Positions 1 to 9,861 of a DNA stretch of 63,735 nt are shown in pieces (position 1 is the first letter of the stretch; the number at the start of each line of letters is the position of its first letter). The notes beneath the pieces were generated by a model. That model did not search any database. It was given only the letters and a program-made list of their open reading frames with translations, and had not been told where the DNA came from. This DNA comes from a virus (Duplodnaviria > Caudoviricetes): positions 1-63,735 of IMG/VR virus record IMGVR_UViG_3300045110_000325; one strand, given 5' to 3'. The translations under genes were made by a program, and so were the position numbers.

Positions 1-46
1 GTCCGGACCAGCGGAATCAGGAAAAATGTCCGGCTTGTCCGCGCGG

Positions 47-370
47 TCACCAGCGAGCGAGCATCGCCCGTCTCATCGCGGCGCGTCGACTGCGGAGCCG
101 GTTGGCCTTGCGAGCCCCAGCGGCTTCGTTGCAGGCGACGTGCTCGGGGCCGCGGTAGATGGTGCGGTCGTGGTCGTCATGGCCGAGCTGCCATGACGAG
201 CGACGCTTGCCATCGCGGTTGACCAGTGGCCGCGGGTCGATCCACAGGCCGCATCGCCAGCAGTCGACCTGGCCTGCGTCGACGAGCGGCTTCCACCGTG
301 CCCGCTCGGCGACGTGCTCAGCGCCGTAGCCACGCTCTGCCCGACTGCCGTTGTTGCGGGCCACGCTCAC
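47..370 (-). CDS. HNH endonuclease, probably packaging-associated
   Basis: RGYG..H, CWRC, LGHDD..GPEHVACN motif; GTG start at 370 overlaps the upstream TGA; adjacent to terS if the genome is circularised. Confidence 0.8.
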   Translation of the reverse strand: MSVARNNGSRAERGYGAEHVAERARWKPLVDAGQVDCWRCGLWIDPRPLVNRDGKRRSSWQLGHDDHDRTIYRGPEHVACNEAAGARKANRLRSRRAAMRRAMLARW

Positions 371-519
371 CCGATCTTCAGCGGCGTGACGACGGCGAGG
401 AGCCACAGCTCCAGCCCGAGCACGAGGAAGAACCCAGGCCATGAGCGCAGGATGGCGTGCCACACCGCTGACACGGCGAGGCAGGCCAGGCCGAGGGTCA
501 TCAGCACCTCGTCCATCAC
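367..519 (-). CDS. small two-TM membrane protein (50 aa, not in ORF track)
   Basis: Hand translation VMDEVLMTLGLACLAVSAVWHAILRSWPGFFLVLGLELWLLAVVTPLKIG; fills the gap between neighbours. Confidence 0.6.
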   Translation of the reverse strand: MMDEVLMTLGLACLAVSAVWHAILRSWPGFFLVLGLELWLLAVVTPLKIG

Positions 520-522
520 GCC

Positions 523-816
523 TCACGCCTCCCGGACGCCGACCTCGGGCAACAGCCCGAGGTCGTCGAACTCGCCCTTGCGAACACCCTCCAGGAAAGC
601 CGCCCATGACTCGGGCGGGACCCGCAGGACGGGGCCGGGGTGCTCGGTCTCCCGCAGGGCGACGTGCCCGTCATGCAGGGACCGGGCCTCCAGACAGCCG
701 GACGTGGACGACGCCGAGGACTTGCGCCAGCCGGGGCCAGCCGCCTCGTCGGGCGTCACCTGGCACACCAGCCAGCCGGGCGCCGGTTCGTCGTGCCGGT
801 CCGCGATGTCGCTCAT
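523..816 (-). CDS. DUF397-family protein
   Basis: WRKSSAS..GCLEA..VALRETEHP..W.AFL.GVRKGEFD signature. Confidence 0.85.
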   Translation of the reverse strand: MSDIADRHDEPAPGWLVCQVTPDEAAGPGWRKSSASSTSGCLEARSLHDGHVALRETEHPGPVLRVPPESWAAFLEGVRKGEFDDLGLLPEVGVREA

Positions 817-1358
817 GACACCTCCTCGTCGGTGGCCAGGACGGTGAACGGCCCCGCGACCTCGCCAGTGAAGTGCTCAGCCGCGACCAGCGCCCGGTTG
901 ACGCGGTCCTCGGCGGGCCGCCCCGCGGTGGCGTGCAGCGACCCCAGCGCCACGAGATAGCCCGAGCCGACGGCGGCGTAGGAGTCGGCGGAGTAGCCGA
1001 TCTGGAAGTCGGCCTCGATCTCGTAAAGCCGGTCGCGGTAGCCCACGAGGAACGTCCCGCCCTGCTCCTGGCCGTTGTCGGTCTTGGCCCAACCGCCGTC
1101 CTTGAGGCATTGGCGGACGGCGTCGACGAACGCGGTGGCCATGAACCGGTCGATGTCCCAGCCGTCGGGCTCGGGGGCTTGCAGGCGGTAACGCAGCAGT
1201 TGGCCCATGCGGAAGCTGGTGGTGAACCCGAGCACGTAGGGGCCGTTCCGGAAGACCTTGGTGTCCGACCGGACGCGCACAGACCAGCCGTTGGATCCGG
1301 CGCTGTCTCCGCCGATCCACACCTGGCCCTTGTCGGCGACGCCGACGATGCACGTCAC
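813..1358 (-). CDS. Ntn-hydrolase peptidase (HslV/proteasome-beta-like)
   Basis: GTG start gives (M)TCIVG..GGDS with N-terminal Thr; AVGSG..ALGSL motif. Confidence 0.75.
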   Translation of the reverse strand: MTCIVGVADKGQVWIGGDSAGSNGWSVRVRSDTKVFRNGPYVLGFTTSFRMGQLLRYRLQAPEPDGWDIDRFMATAFVDAVRQCLKDGGWAKTDNGQEQGGTFLVGYRDRLYEIEADFQIGYSADSYAAVGSGYLVALGSLHATAGRPAEDRVNRALVAAEHFTGEVAGPFTVLATDEEVS

Positions 1359-1443
1359 CGGCTTGCCCCCGGACATGTGGATGCCCACCAGCTTCCGGGC
1401 ATGGTGGGCGTGGCGACATCATGGTTTATCCACAGGGGCCGTG

Positions 1444-2184
1444 TCAAGCCACGACCGCCTTCGGCTGCATGGCGGCGTCGATCCACTTCGCGAGCCACTC
1501 CCACTCCGGCTCAGGCCACGCCGGCCGGCCGCGCCACCACGTGCCGCAATGCGAGTCCGGCGGCGCGCAGTTCGTCCCGTGGCACACCACCGCGGGCACG
1601 CCGCCGGGGAGCACGTGGACGACGAGGGTCGCCGCGCCGCCCACCGGCCGGCGGACCGTCCGCCCGCCGCACCACGGGCACAACGCCGCCGGCAGCGGCC
1701 ACCCCGGGCGGACCACGCCAACCGCCCGCGCCAACTCCCCAGCGAGGGCGTGAGCCTGCTCGCAGAGGACGCTGAACGACGCCGGAGCCACGTCCCGCAA
1801 GCCGGCAAGGCCGGCGCGGACATGCCACAGCTTGGGCCGGGGGTCGGCCAACGCCGACGACGCGGGAGGCGGCCGGTCCTCGCCCAACGCTTGCGCAGCC
1901 AGCTCCGCGATGAGGTCCGCCGCCATGGCCACGTCCGCCATGAGGTCGATGACGGCAGGGTCGGCGGCGTCGCGGTGCTCGCCGGGCGCGAGGCCGTCCC
2001 GCTCGAGCCGCTCCGCGCGGGCCTGGGCGTCGATCTGGGAGCGGCGCTCGTCGGAGACTGCCGCGACGGCTGTGTCGCGGAGGCCGGTGGCGAGCGCCGC
2101 CTCCAACCCGGACCAGGCCACGGCCGCGAACGCGAGGTCGCAGTACGCCCGGTCCAGCGGCGTCGACGGCCACTGCGCGGTCAC
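1444..2184 (-). CDS. hypothetical protein with C-terminal Cys motifs
   Basis: CPWC and CHGTNC..C; start coupled to upstream stop. Confidence 0.6.
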   Translation of the reverse strand: MTAQWPSTPLDRAYCDLAFAAVAWSGLEAALATGLRDTAVAAVSDERRSQIDAQARAERLERDGLAPGEHRDAADPAVIDLMADVAMAADLIAELAAQALGEDRPPPASSALADPRPKLWHVRAGLAGLRDVAPASFSVLCEQAHALAGELARAVGVVRPGWPLPAALCPWCGGRTVRRPVGGAATLVVHVLPGGVPAVVCHGTNCAPPDSHCGTWWRGRPAWPEPEWEWLAKWIDAAMQPKAVVA

Positions 2185-2395
2185 TGCGCCGACCCCAAGC
2201 CGTGGACCTCGATCCGGTGGGCGACGGTGCGGGCCAGCCAGTCGACCGGCCATCGGATGTCCACGTCAGGGTGCCAGGGCGGGTCGAGCCACGGCGGGCC
2301 GTACTGGCCGCAGGTGCCGACACGGGGGCATTCCTGGCGGTGCAGCGAAACGTCCTCGGGCCAGGCCCCGCACGTCGGGCACCGCTCGTCGTCGC

Positions 2396-2698
2396 TCACA
2401 TCGCCACCGCCGCGCCGATCGGCGCGCCGCCCAGCTCGGCCCTGGCCGCGTTGACCTTCGCCAGGTCCTCGCCGTCGAGCACGTACTTCGCGCCGTGGAC
2501 CTCGGCGAGGCGCTCGCACCACGCGGTGCTCGGCTCGGTGAAGGCCACGATGTCGGGCCCCGGGGCGGTGCGCGCGGTGGTCTTGCGGACGACGAGGGTG
2601 GTGAACCGCAGGCCCTCGTGGACCGTGCCGCAGGGGCATTCGAGGGTCATCCGCAGCGCGACGTGGACGCGTCTCGAGCGGCTCACACGTCCCCCCAT
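2396..2698 (-). CDS. hypothetical protein
   Basis: ORF in gene train, CPC motif. Confidence 0.5.
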   Translation of the reverse strand: MGGRVSRSRRVHVALRMTLECPCGTVHEGLRFTTLVVRKTTARTAPGPDIVAFTEPSTAWCERLAEVHGAKYVLDGEDLAKVNAARAELGGAPIGAAVAM

Positions 2699-2892
2699 CC
2701 GACGGTCAGCCGCAGCCCCACGGCGTGCGCCATGGCCTCGAGGAACGCGGGGCTGCCGGCCTGTTTGCCGGTGAGGACGGCCGAGACGTGCTTCTCGCTG
2801 ACGCCGAGGTGGCGCGCCAGGTCGGCCTGCGTCGCGCCGTCGGCTCGCAGCTCGGCGCGGATGCGGGCCTTCATGGCGGCGAGGTCGCTCAT
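2683..2892 (-). CDS. XRE-type HTH protein
   Basis: GATQADLARHLGVSEKHVSAVLTGK. Confidence 0.8.
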   Translation of the reverse strand: MSDLAAMKARIRAELRADGATQADLARHLGVSEKHVSAVLTGKQAGSPAFLEAMAHAVGLRLTVGWGDV

Positions 2893-3216
2893 CCGGCCTC
2901 CTCGGCGTCGTGGCGCGGCCCGGTCCCCATCGTCCAGGCGTCTCGGCGGGTCGCGCACCAGGCCGCGCAGAACGCGCACAGGCGGCTGCCGGGCGCTGCC
3001 TCCGCCACGCACTGGTAGGCGGCCCGGCCCTCGGCGTACCGGCACTCGCATTGGCTCATCGCGGGTCCTCTCGTCGGAGCCCGAGCGCCTGCATGATCGC
3101 GAGCGCGTCGGGCCAGTCTCGGGCGTGGCGCAGCACCGTGCGGCGAGCGGCCTCCGCCTCGTCGTCGGTGACCTCGCACGGCAGGTTCGCGACCGTGATC
3201 TCGTCCAACCCGGCCA

Positions 3217-3546
3217 TCAGCGGGCCTCCTCGGCGGGCTCAGGCGGGGGTCCGACAGCGGCCTTGACGGCGGCGAGCAGCTCGGCCCGGGCGTCGTCGGC
3301 TGGCACCTCGCCGTGCGCCAGGCGCTGCCGGGAGTCGGCGAGCACGTCGGCGGCGAGCGGGACGGCGGACGTGGCGACAGGCCTGTCGCCGTCGAGACGC
3401 CAGCCTCGGCGGATGGCCTCCCGCCAGTACGCCTCGGCCTCAGACGCGCATCGCCGGCTGTCCCACGCCGCGGCGGATGAGGCGGCGAAACGGGCTGCGA
3501 GCGAGTTCACGGCGTCGGCGAACGCGACTTGCGGATGATGACTCAT
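3217..3546 (-). CDS. hypothetical protein
   Basis: ATG-started ORF downstream of the putative origin. Confidence 0.5.
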   Translation of the reverse strand: MSHHPQVAFADAVNSLAARFAASSAAAWDSRRCASEAEAYWREAIRRGWRLDGDRPVATSAVPLAADVLADSRQRLAHGEVPADDARAELLAAVKAAVGPPPEPAEEAR

Positions 3547-3658
3547 GCCCGTTTTTGGCCGTCTTCGCGCGTAACGGCCCGTAAGTTATACATCTTCAGT
3601 AACCACCTTCTCCGTCAGTCCGTCCGTACGTCCGTAGGACCTCTCGACCGGTCAGTTG

Positions 3659-3694
3659 AGCGATTCGGTCAGCGATTCGGTCAGCGATTCGGTT
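3659..3694. repeat. 3 x 12-bp tandem repeat AGCGATTCGGT(C/T), candidate replication iterons
   Basis: Seen directly, in non-coding DNA just 3' of the rep-like gene. Confidence 0.7.
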
Positions 3695-3741
3695 GGGGGA
3701 CCACTCCAGTCGTCGGTGAACCCGTCGGTATACCGAGCGGT

Positions 3742-4128
3742 CTAGGTATCGTTCTGCCAACAGCCACACCGAGGTCCGTGGTGACGTATGCAGTTGCCCT
3801 TCCGCCCACCGCGGGACTGCTGCTCGGACACCCACTCCGTCGTGGCCGCGCTCTGCTGCCGCTGCTCCCAATTGCGGATCACGTACCCTCCGTCGCCGTT
3901 GTGGGTCCAGAGCCGGCAGTCGACGAGCAGCCGGGCGAGCTTCGCGCTGCCGTGGATGACCGGCAGCGCGTATGCCGGTATGTGCCCGTCGGTGCCGTGC
4001 CCGCCCGCGTACCCGAGGGCGCACACGTAGAGGACGAACGCCTTCGACCCATCCCGCTGGGCAAGCAGATAGAGGATCTTGTCGTGGGACGCGATGTTCG
4101 CGTCCAACCGCACCCACGGCAACGGCAT
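3742..4128 (-). CDS. replication-initiator-like protein (N-terminal domain type)
   Basis: PWVRLD..HDKI..TDG.IP..LV..LW..GY.I.NW..Q pattern of actinophage Rep N-termini. Confidence 0.6.
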   Translation of the reverse strand: MPLPWVRLDANIASHDKILYLLAQRDGSKAFVLYVCALGYAGGHGTDGHIPAYALPVIHGSAKLARLLVDCRLWTHNGDGGYVIRNWEQRQQSAATTEWVSEQQSRGGRKGNCIRHHGPRCGCWQNDT

Positions 4129-4134
4129 CAGGCG

Positions 4135-4449
4135 TCACCCGCCGTCTCGTGCTGCTAGCCGCATCCGGTGCGCGCGCATCCGGACCCGTGCGGCGGCCTG
4201 GCTTGCCCCAAGCTGCTCCCCGCATTTGCAGGCCCAATGACCTGGCCCATCGTGCTGCAGCCGGTGGTTCCTGAACCGCGAGTGCTCCCTGGGCGGGTCG
4301 TATCCGACTGCGAGGAGCCGCCGGTTCGCGAGGATCCGCTCCGCCGTGAGGGGCGAGACGGCCGCGCCTGCGGGCTTGGGGACGGGGGTGGGCCTCTGTG
4401 GGACGCGTTCGGCCTCCAGGTCGCGGAGGAGCGCGCTGAGCCGGTCCAT
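4135..4449 (-). CDS. hypothetical protein with Zn-binding motif
   Basis: H..W.CKCG..H. Confidence 0.5.
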   Translation of the reverse strand: MDRLSALLRDLEAERVPQRPTPVPKPAGAAVSPLTAERILANRRLLAVGYDPPREHSRFRNHRLQHDGPGHWACKCGEQLGASQAAARVRMRAHRMRLAARDGG

Positions 4450-4824
4450 CAAACCCCTCCCCGGACGTTCTCGGCTTGGACTGCGCCCGGCCCGTGCCAG
4501 GTGACCTCGCACGCGCATTTCCAGAGGTGGCTGCGGCCGAGCCGCACGCTGTGTTTGGGCGTCTCCTGCGTGACGAGGCTGCCGCATGACCAGCAGGTGT
4601 CCTGGATGACGACGGTCGCCGCAGAGGAGCGAAGACAGCCGATGGAGGGCGTCACGCGGTCCTCCTCTTGGCCGTGGCCGGTGAGTCGTGCGCGGCGCGG
4701 CCGGGTTCGGGCCGTCTGGTAAGCGCGGCGGGTGTGTGCTCGACGCAGCGGTCACCGGGGAGGTACCGGCGGGTCGGCGTCGCGCCGCACACCTGGCCAT
4801 GGCTCCAGTAGCCGCAGGGACGTG

Positions 4825-5820
4825 TCAACGTTGACCACCCAATGCCAGTTCGGGCTCCTCGTAGGCGCCCGCTTCGATGGTGGCGAGGTTCTTCAGGGCC
4901 TGCCGGTAGTAGCTCCGCTTGAGTTCGACGCCGACACCGAGCCGACCGGCCTCCACGGCGGCGTACACCTCGGACCCGACACCCGCGAAGGGGGTGAGGA
5001 CTCGTTCGCCTAGGTTTGACCACAGCGCCACGCAGCGGCGGATCACGTCGAGCTGCAGCGGGTGGACGTGCTTCTCGTCTTCCCCATCGCGGGCCTCGCG
5101 GTAGGGCAGTACGCCGTCCTTGTCGAGCGTTCGGTTGCCCTGGTTGCCGCGGATGTCGTCCCAGAACGCGGAGGCATATTGCCGCCAGATCCAGTGCGAG
5201 TAGCGGTTCTCGATCTGGTTGCCGGCCCAGCCGCGATAGCGCAGCACGTCGGCCGGCGGCGTGCGGCAGCCGGCGTAGTCGGTGAGCCCAGTCGGGTGGG
5301 CGATCGGGACGGTGTTGTCGCCGCGCTTCCGGAACGCCAGGAGGTAGTCGGCGGAGGCGATGGTGGAGTAGGCGGCGTCTTCGACGATCGTCTTGTGCGC
5401 GAGCCCTTTGATCATGGTCCGGTTGCGGACCGCAAGGGGCTCCTTCCAGATGGCCCGTCGGCCGACGTAGAGGAAGCCGACGCGCTCGTGCAGGCGGAGC
5501 ACGTCGCCGGGGAAGTCGAGCAGCGCGTCCCGGCCGGTGTTTCCGGTGGGCACGTCCATGCAGTGCACGGCGCTGATGCGGCCGGGTGGGGCGAGGCGGT
5601 GCAACTCGCGGACGACGAACTCGTAGTGGGTGAAGAACTCCTCGTAGGTGCGTGCGTTGGACAGGTCCCGTTCGGAGGAGGAGTAGTGGTAGAGCCCGGC
5701 GAACGGTGGGCTGTAGACGGACAGGTGGACCGAGCCGTCTGGCAGGCTGGGCAGCACCTCCATGCAGTCGGCGTTGTAGACCGCCCACCGTTCGGTGACC
5801 ATCTGGCTCAGCACGCCCAT
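4825..5820 (-). CDS. amino-DNA methyltransferase (N4-C/N6-A, beta class)
   Basis: YSPPF motif IV near N-terminus, HVHP, VLTPFAGVGS motif I near C-terminus. Confidence 0.9.
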   Translation of the reverse strand: MGVLSQMVTERWAVYNADCMEVLPSLPDGSVHLSVYSPPFAGLYHYSSSERDLSNARTYEEFFTHYEFVVRELHRLAPPGRISAVHCMDVPTGNTGRDALLDFPGDVLRLHERVGFLYVGRRAIWKEPLAVRNRTMIKGLAHKTIVEDAAYSTIASADYLLAFRKRGDNTVPIAHPTGLTDYAGCRTPPADVLRYRGWAGNQIENRYSHWIWRQYASAFWDDIRGNQGNRTLDKDGVLPYREARDGEDEKHVHPLQLDVIRRCVALWSNLGERVLTPFAGVGSEVYAAVEAGRLGVGVELKRSYYRQALKNLATIEAGAYEEPELALGGQR

Positions 5821-7178
5821 GCTGGAACCTCCACTGGCTGGTCGTGGGACTCTGCTCCCGGCGCGGCCGCGGCTTGGCGCATGTGGGTCACGAGCGCGTC
5901 GAACATCCGGTCGGCCTGCGCGGCCTTGCGCTGCAGGTTCCGCAGCGCGTTGGCGCCGCCTTCGGCGCTCACCACGTCAACGACGACGGCGCAGGTCTGG
6001 CCGAACCGCCACATTCGGCGGACGGCCTGGTACCACCGCTCGTAGCTGTGGTCAGGGAAGTAGGACATGCGGCTGCAGTGCTGCCAGTTCAAGCCCCACG
6101 CGCCGATCGAGGGTTTCGTGACCAACCGCTTGATGTCGCCGCGGCTGAACGCGGCCAGCTTCTCCTCCTTGGCCTCGGGCGAGTCCGATCCGGCGACCTC
6201 CACTGCGCCGTCGATCAACCGAGTCAGCAGCCGACCCTCGTCGTTGAGCTGGCACCACGCGACCGCCGTGTCCGCGTCGTCGAGCGCGGCGGCTGCGGCC
6301 TCGCAGCGCTCGACCAGGGTGCGGCGTGCCTCCTCTCGCTCCTCCGCCAGCCCGACCGCGGGAAGGTCGAAGAGCTGTCCGTCGCGGGGCACCGCGGCCT
6401 TGACGATGTGGTGTCGGTGCTTGAGGGGCGGCAACGCAAACCCGGCGTCGTCGAATCCGAGGTCGGACGGGCGGCGCATCGCCCGCGCCCACGAGGCGAC
6501 CCATCGCCAGAAGGGCTCCTCGGCCCAGCCCTTGAGCCGCCACTCGGCGGCTTGGCCCTGTCGCCGGTTCGTCCCACTGGTCCGGTGCTGGTTGGTGAAG
6601 AATCGGTTGAGCATGTCGATATGGCCGAGGCAGCCGAGGGCCTCGCTGGACGTGCCGAGTTCGATGTAGTCGTTCGGCGCCGCCGTCGCGGTGGCCAGGA
6701 GCCGGTAGCGCAGCGTGCGGAGGAACTCGGTGACCAGAGCACGCGTTTTGCCGTCGAACGCCTTGATTGCGCTGGACTCGTCGCACACCACACCGCCGAA
6801 ACGCGCTGGGTCGAAGCGCGCCAGCCGCTCGTAGTTCGTGATGGTGATGCCGGCGGTCGGCCTGCCGTCTCGGGACACGGCGGCGTCGACGCCGAACTTC
6901 TCGGCCTCCAGTTGGGTCTGGAAGGACACCGCCAGTGGGGCGACGACGAGCACTGGTTTGCCGGTGCGGCGGCGGACGTTCTCGGCCCACACGAGCTGCA
7001 TCGGGCCTTTGCCAAGGCCGCAGTCGGCGAACAGCGCCGCCCGTCCCTGTCGTGCCGCCCATTCGACAAGTGACCGCTGGAAGGGGAACAGCCAAGCGGG
7101 CAGGACCTCGGGGGTGAAGCCGTGGCCGTCGGCCACTTGCGTCTTGGCGGCGAGGAACTCCTGGTAGGCCCCCGTCAT
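5808..7178 (-). CDS. SNF2-like superfamily 2 helicase
   Basis: DCGLGKG, DESS, TATAAPN, GLNWQ, QAVRR.WRFGQ motifs. Confidence 0.9.
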   Translation of the reverse strand: MTGAYQEFLAAKTQVADGHGFTPEVLPAWLFPFQRSLVEWAARQGRAALFADCGLGKGPMQLVWAENVRRRTGKPVLVVAPLAVSFQTQLEAEKFGVDAAVSRDGRPTAGITITNYERLARFDPARFGGVVCDESSAIKAFDGKTRALVTEFLRTLRYRLLATATAAPNDYIELGTSSEALGCLGHIDMLNRFFTNQHRTSGTNRRQGQAAEWRLKGWAEEPFWRWVASWARAMRRPSDLGFDDAGFALPPLKHRHHIVKAAVPRDGQLFDLPAVGLAEEREEARRTLVERCEAAAAALDDADTAVAWCQLNDEGRLLTRLIDGAVEVAGSDSPEAKEEKLAAFSRGDIKRLVTKPSIGAWGLNWQHCSRMSYFPDHSYERWYQAVRRMWRFGQTCAVVVDVVSAEGGANALRNLQRKAAQADRMFDALVTHMRQAAAAPGAESHDQPVEVPAWAC

Positions 7179-7615
7179 GCCGCGCCGCCTGCGGGGGTGT
7201 CCTCGGCGAGCCGCACCTCTGCGACGAGGACGGTCACGCCGTCTTCGCGGGCCTCGGTGTGGGCGCGTTCGGCGAAGGCGCGGTCGTCGATGCGGCCGTC
7301 CCAGATGACGTAGGGCCGCCTGTCGTCGTCGAAGTCGACGACGACCCAGCCGACGACCTCACCGCCGTATGCCCGTTCGTGGATGTGGATTCGCTCGAGG
7401 GCCACGCCGAGCACGGACGCAAGCTCAAGGCGTCCCCATCTCGGCTCGTTGAGCAGTCCGCGGGTGAGGTCCAGCGCGGCATCCGCGGGGCCGAGCTTGG
7501 GGACGGCTTTGGCGGCGGCGGTGAGGAGCCGTGCCAGGTCGTCGACCGCCTCGGCGTACGCCGCTTTGGCGAGAGGGTCGCCAAAGATAGTCGCGCCAGG
7601 CGTCTCCGCGCTCAT
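7175..7615 (-). CDS. hypothetical protein
   Basis: ATGA overlaps at both ends. Confidence 0.55.
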   Translation of the reverse strand: MSAETPGATIFGDPLAKAAYAEAVDDLARLLTAAAKAVPKLGPADAALDLTRGLLNEPRWGRLELASVLGVALERIHIHERAYGGEVVGWVVVDFDDDRRPYVIWDGRIDDRAFAERAHTEAREDGVTVLVAEVRLAEDTPAGGAA

Positions 7616-8589
7616 GGCGTCCCCTGTGGCGGCCCGTCGAGGAGCGCGCTGAGGCGGCCTTGCGGGTCGGGGTCGTCGACGCAGGCTTGCAGCACCTTCG
7701 CCAACTCCTCCGCCTCGAACGGCGACAGGTGGTTGAACGACCCGACCTGCGTCCGCAGCAGTTTGCTGGCGGCGGTGAGGCGTGCGGCGCGGTCGTCGGA
7801 CGCGTACCCGAGTTCCCCGAGTAGCGCGAAGACGCGGTTGAGGACGCGGCGGTCGGGTTTCGGCGCTTCGGCCGCCGGCTGCTTTGCTGGCTCTGTGATC
7901 TCGCCTGTCTCGAGGTCCACGCCGTCCGGCGGCGCGTCTTCACCTGTGGCCGGCTCGCCCATGATCTCGGCGGCGGTGACGCGGCCGACTGGCCGACCGC
8001 CCTCCACTGCTCCGATGAGCGGCTCGGCCAGCTCCTCTGCGGCGTAGGGCATCGCGAACAACACGTCGGCGGCGATGAGCCGGCAGATCTCGCCTGTGGC
8101 GCGCGCGGTGAGCATCGTCTGCGGCTGCTTCTTCCACTCAGCCTTGTCTGTCAGGCCCATCTGCGCGGCGCGTCCGATCGGCCAGTCGGCCTCTTGCACC
8201 GGCCCGAAGGACTGGCCCTCTCGACGCTGACCGCGCATGACGACCCGTTCGGGCGTCTGCTCGACGAGCCAGAGTTTGTGTCCGTGGGATTGGACGAGGC
8301 CGCGCATCGCGTGCGCGCGCAACGCGGGCGTGCCCTGGATGACATCCAAGGACCGCAGCATGGCCATCGGTCGCAGACCCAACTCCTGCCCGGCGAGGAT
8401 CGCCGCGGTGATGTCGTCTGGCTTGCCGCGCAGCGAGGCGGGCACGAACGATGTCCGCGACAGCGACACGGCTATCTGATGGGCTTGGCTCGCCTCGTAG
8501 ACCCATTGCACGAGCGGGCTCGGCGCGCCTGGGTGGCTCCCGGCGGAGCCGTTCTGCTGTTCTTCTTCGCGGACTGCGATCTCAGTCAT
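7612..8589 (-). CDS. RecT-like single-strand annealing protein
   Basis: AAILAGQELGL.PM..VIQG.P..W...P..ML.ARA; downstream of an exonuclease. Confidence 0.75.
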   Translation of the reverse strand: MTEIAVREEEQQNGSAGSHPGAPSPLVQWVYEASQAHQIAVSLSRTSFVPASLRGKPDDITAAILAGQELGLRPMAMLRSLDVIQGTPALRAHAMRGLVQSHGHKLWLVEQTPERVVMRGQRREGQSFGPVQEADWPIGRAAQMGLTDKAEWKKQPQTMLTARATGEICRLIAADVLFAMPYAAEELAEPLIGAVEGGRPVGRVTAAEIMGEPATGEDAPPDGVDLETGEITEPAKQPAAEAPKPDRRVLNRVFALLGELGYASDDRAARLTAASKLLRTQVGSFNHLSPFEAEELAKVLQACVDDPDPQGRLSALLDGPPQGTP

Positions 8590-9439
8590 ACAGGCTCTCT
8601 AGGTGTCGGCGCTCGGCCCATGCGGGGAGCGAGATGGTCTCCACGTCGTCGGCGTAGCCAGGCCAGCGGCCGGCGGCTTTGCATTCGGCGTACAGGTTGA
8701 TGGCTTGCCGCCACAGGGCCTCTCCGACGCGCAGCGCAAACTCGTCGAGCTGGACGACGGTCACCAGGTGCGGCGGGGACTTCTCTTGGAAGATGAAGAC
8801 GAAGGCGGCGTCGTCCTCGCCGAGGACTTGGGCGACGCCGTCGAGGTAGGCGGCGGCCTGGACGTGGTACCCGAAGTTGGCGACGGATTTGCGGATCGAC
8901 TCGGTGTCGGCGGCTTTCGCGGTCTTGTAGTCGGTCACGATCAGCCGCCGGCCCGGCGTCTGGTCTGGGAGCCAGTCGAGCCGCGCTCGGAGCGCGACGC
9001 CCGTGGCCGTGTCTTGCCAGATCAGGGTCTGCTCGGGCCTGCCGTGGTCGGGGTCGAGGAGCGCGGCTGCGACGGGGTGCTCGGCGAGCGCGTCGCGCAT
9101 GGCGTGGACCACTTTGACGCGTTCGGTGAGGAGCGGCACCTTCCCGGCCTCGCGTGCCTCGGCGGCGGATGCTTTCGCGGCGTCGGTGCGCCAGGAGTCG
9201 GCTTTCACCTCGACGATCTCCGCGCCGAAGCCGAGGACGAGCCCGTGCGCCGCGTGGCCTTCGTCCCACTCCGGCTTGGTCTCCTCGGGGTGTTCCGCGA
9301 ACCACCGGAACAGCGCCGGGCACGAGGGTGGTAGGAGCCTGCGCGCCCCGGTGGATGACAGCGAGCCGCCCGGCACCGGGTCGGCGAGGTAGTCCTCGAA
9401 CGGCATGTCGTAGACGCCGCGGTCGTTGACCACGCTCAT
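8582..9439 (-). CDS. RecE/ExoVIII-like PD-(D/E)XK exonuclease
   Basis: LSSTGAR, RARLD, DYKT, YHVQAAAY, F.FQEK.PP. Confidence 0.85.
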   Translation of the reverse strand: MSVVNDRGVYDMPFEDYLADPVPGGSLSSTGARRLLPPSCPALFRWFAEHPEETKPEWDEGHAAHGLVLGFGAEIVEVKADSWRTDAAKASAAEAREAGKVPLLTERVKVVHAMRDALAEHPVAAALLDPDHGRPEQTLIWQDTATGVALRARLDWLPDQTPGRRLIVTDYKTAKAADTESIRKSVANFGYHVQAAAYLDGVAQVLGEDDAAFVFIFQEKSPPHLVTVVQLDEFALRVGEALWRQAINLYAECKAAGRWPGYADDVETISLPAWAERRHLESLYD

Positions 9440-9861
9440 GCTGTCGCCGCCTCTCGCCTGGCGAGCGCCTCCACGAGCCGCTGCGCGGGGAGCAGGCCGC
9501 CGCGCAGGCCGTGGCGGAAGTGCGCGCCGACGACGGGGCGGCCGGTGCTGGAGGTCTCCTCGTCCAGGGCGGTGTCGAGGCAGTCCGCGCGGACGGGGCA
9601 GCGGTCGCAGTAGTAGGCCCGCGCCTGTTTGGCGCGTCCGTGCCAGGTGTGGACCTGGTAGACGGGGTGTGGCCCCTCGTCGGGGCACAACCGGCATGGC
9701 TCGTCGCAGAGCGCCAGCACCGCCTCGACGGCGGCGAGCAACGCGCGCACGTCGTTGTCGTGCGCGATGTCGGCCGGCATCCAGGCAGCCACGTCGTCGC
9801 AAGGATGGACCTCTGCGTGCCATGCCCGCATTTGGGCCAGCCGCTCCCGAATGTCAGGCAT
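9436..9861 (-). CDS. WhiB-like domain protein
   Basis: A..YCDRCPVRADCL..AL ... GLRGGL.P.QR. Confidence 0.65.
   Translation of the reverse strand: MPDIRERLAQMRAWHAEVHPCDDVAAWMPADIAHDNDVRALLAAVEAVLALCDEPCRLCPDEGPHPVYQVHTWHGRAKQARAYYCDRCPVRADCLDTALDEETSSTGRPVVGAHFRHGLRGGLLPAQRLVEALARREAATA

Noticed and set aside
4825-7178. Helicase + methyltransferase as a restriction or defence system
   Set aside because: No nuclease domain or partner; this pair is common in phage early regions
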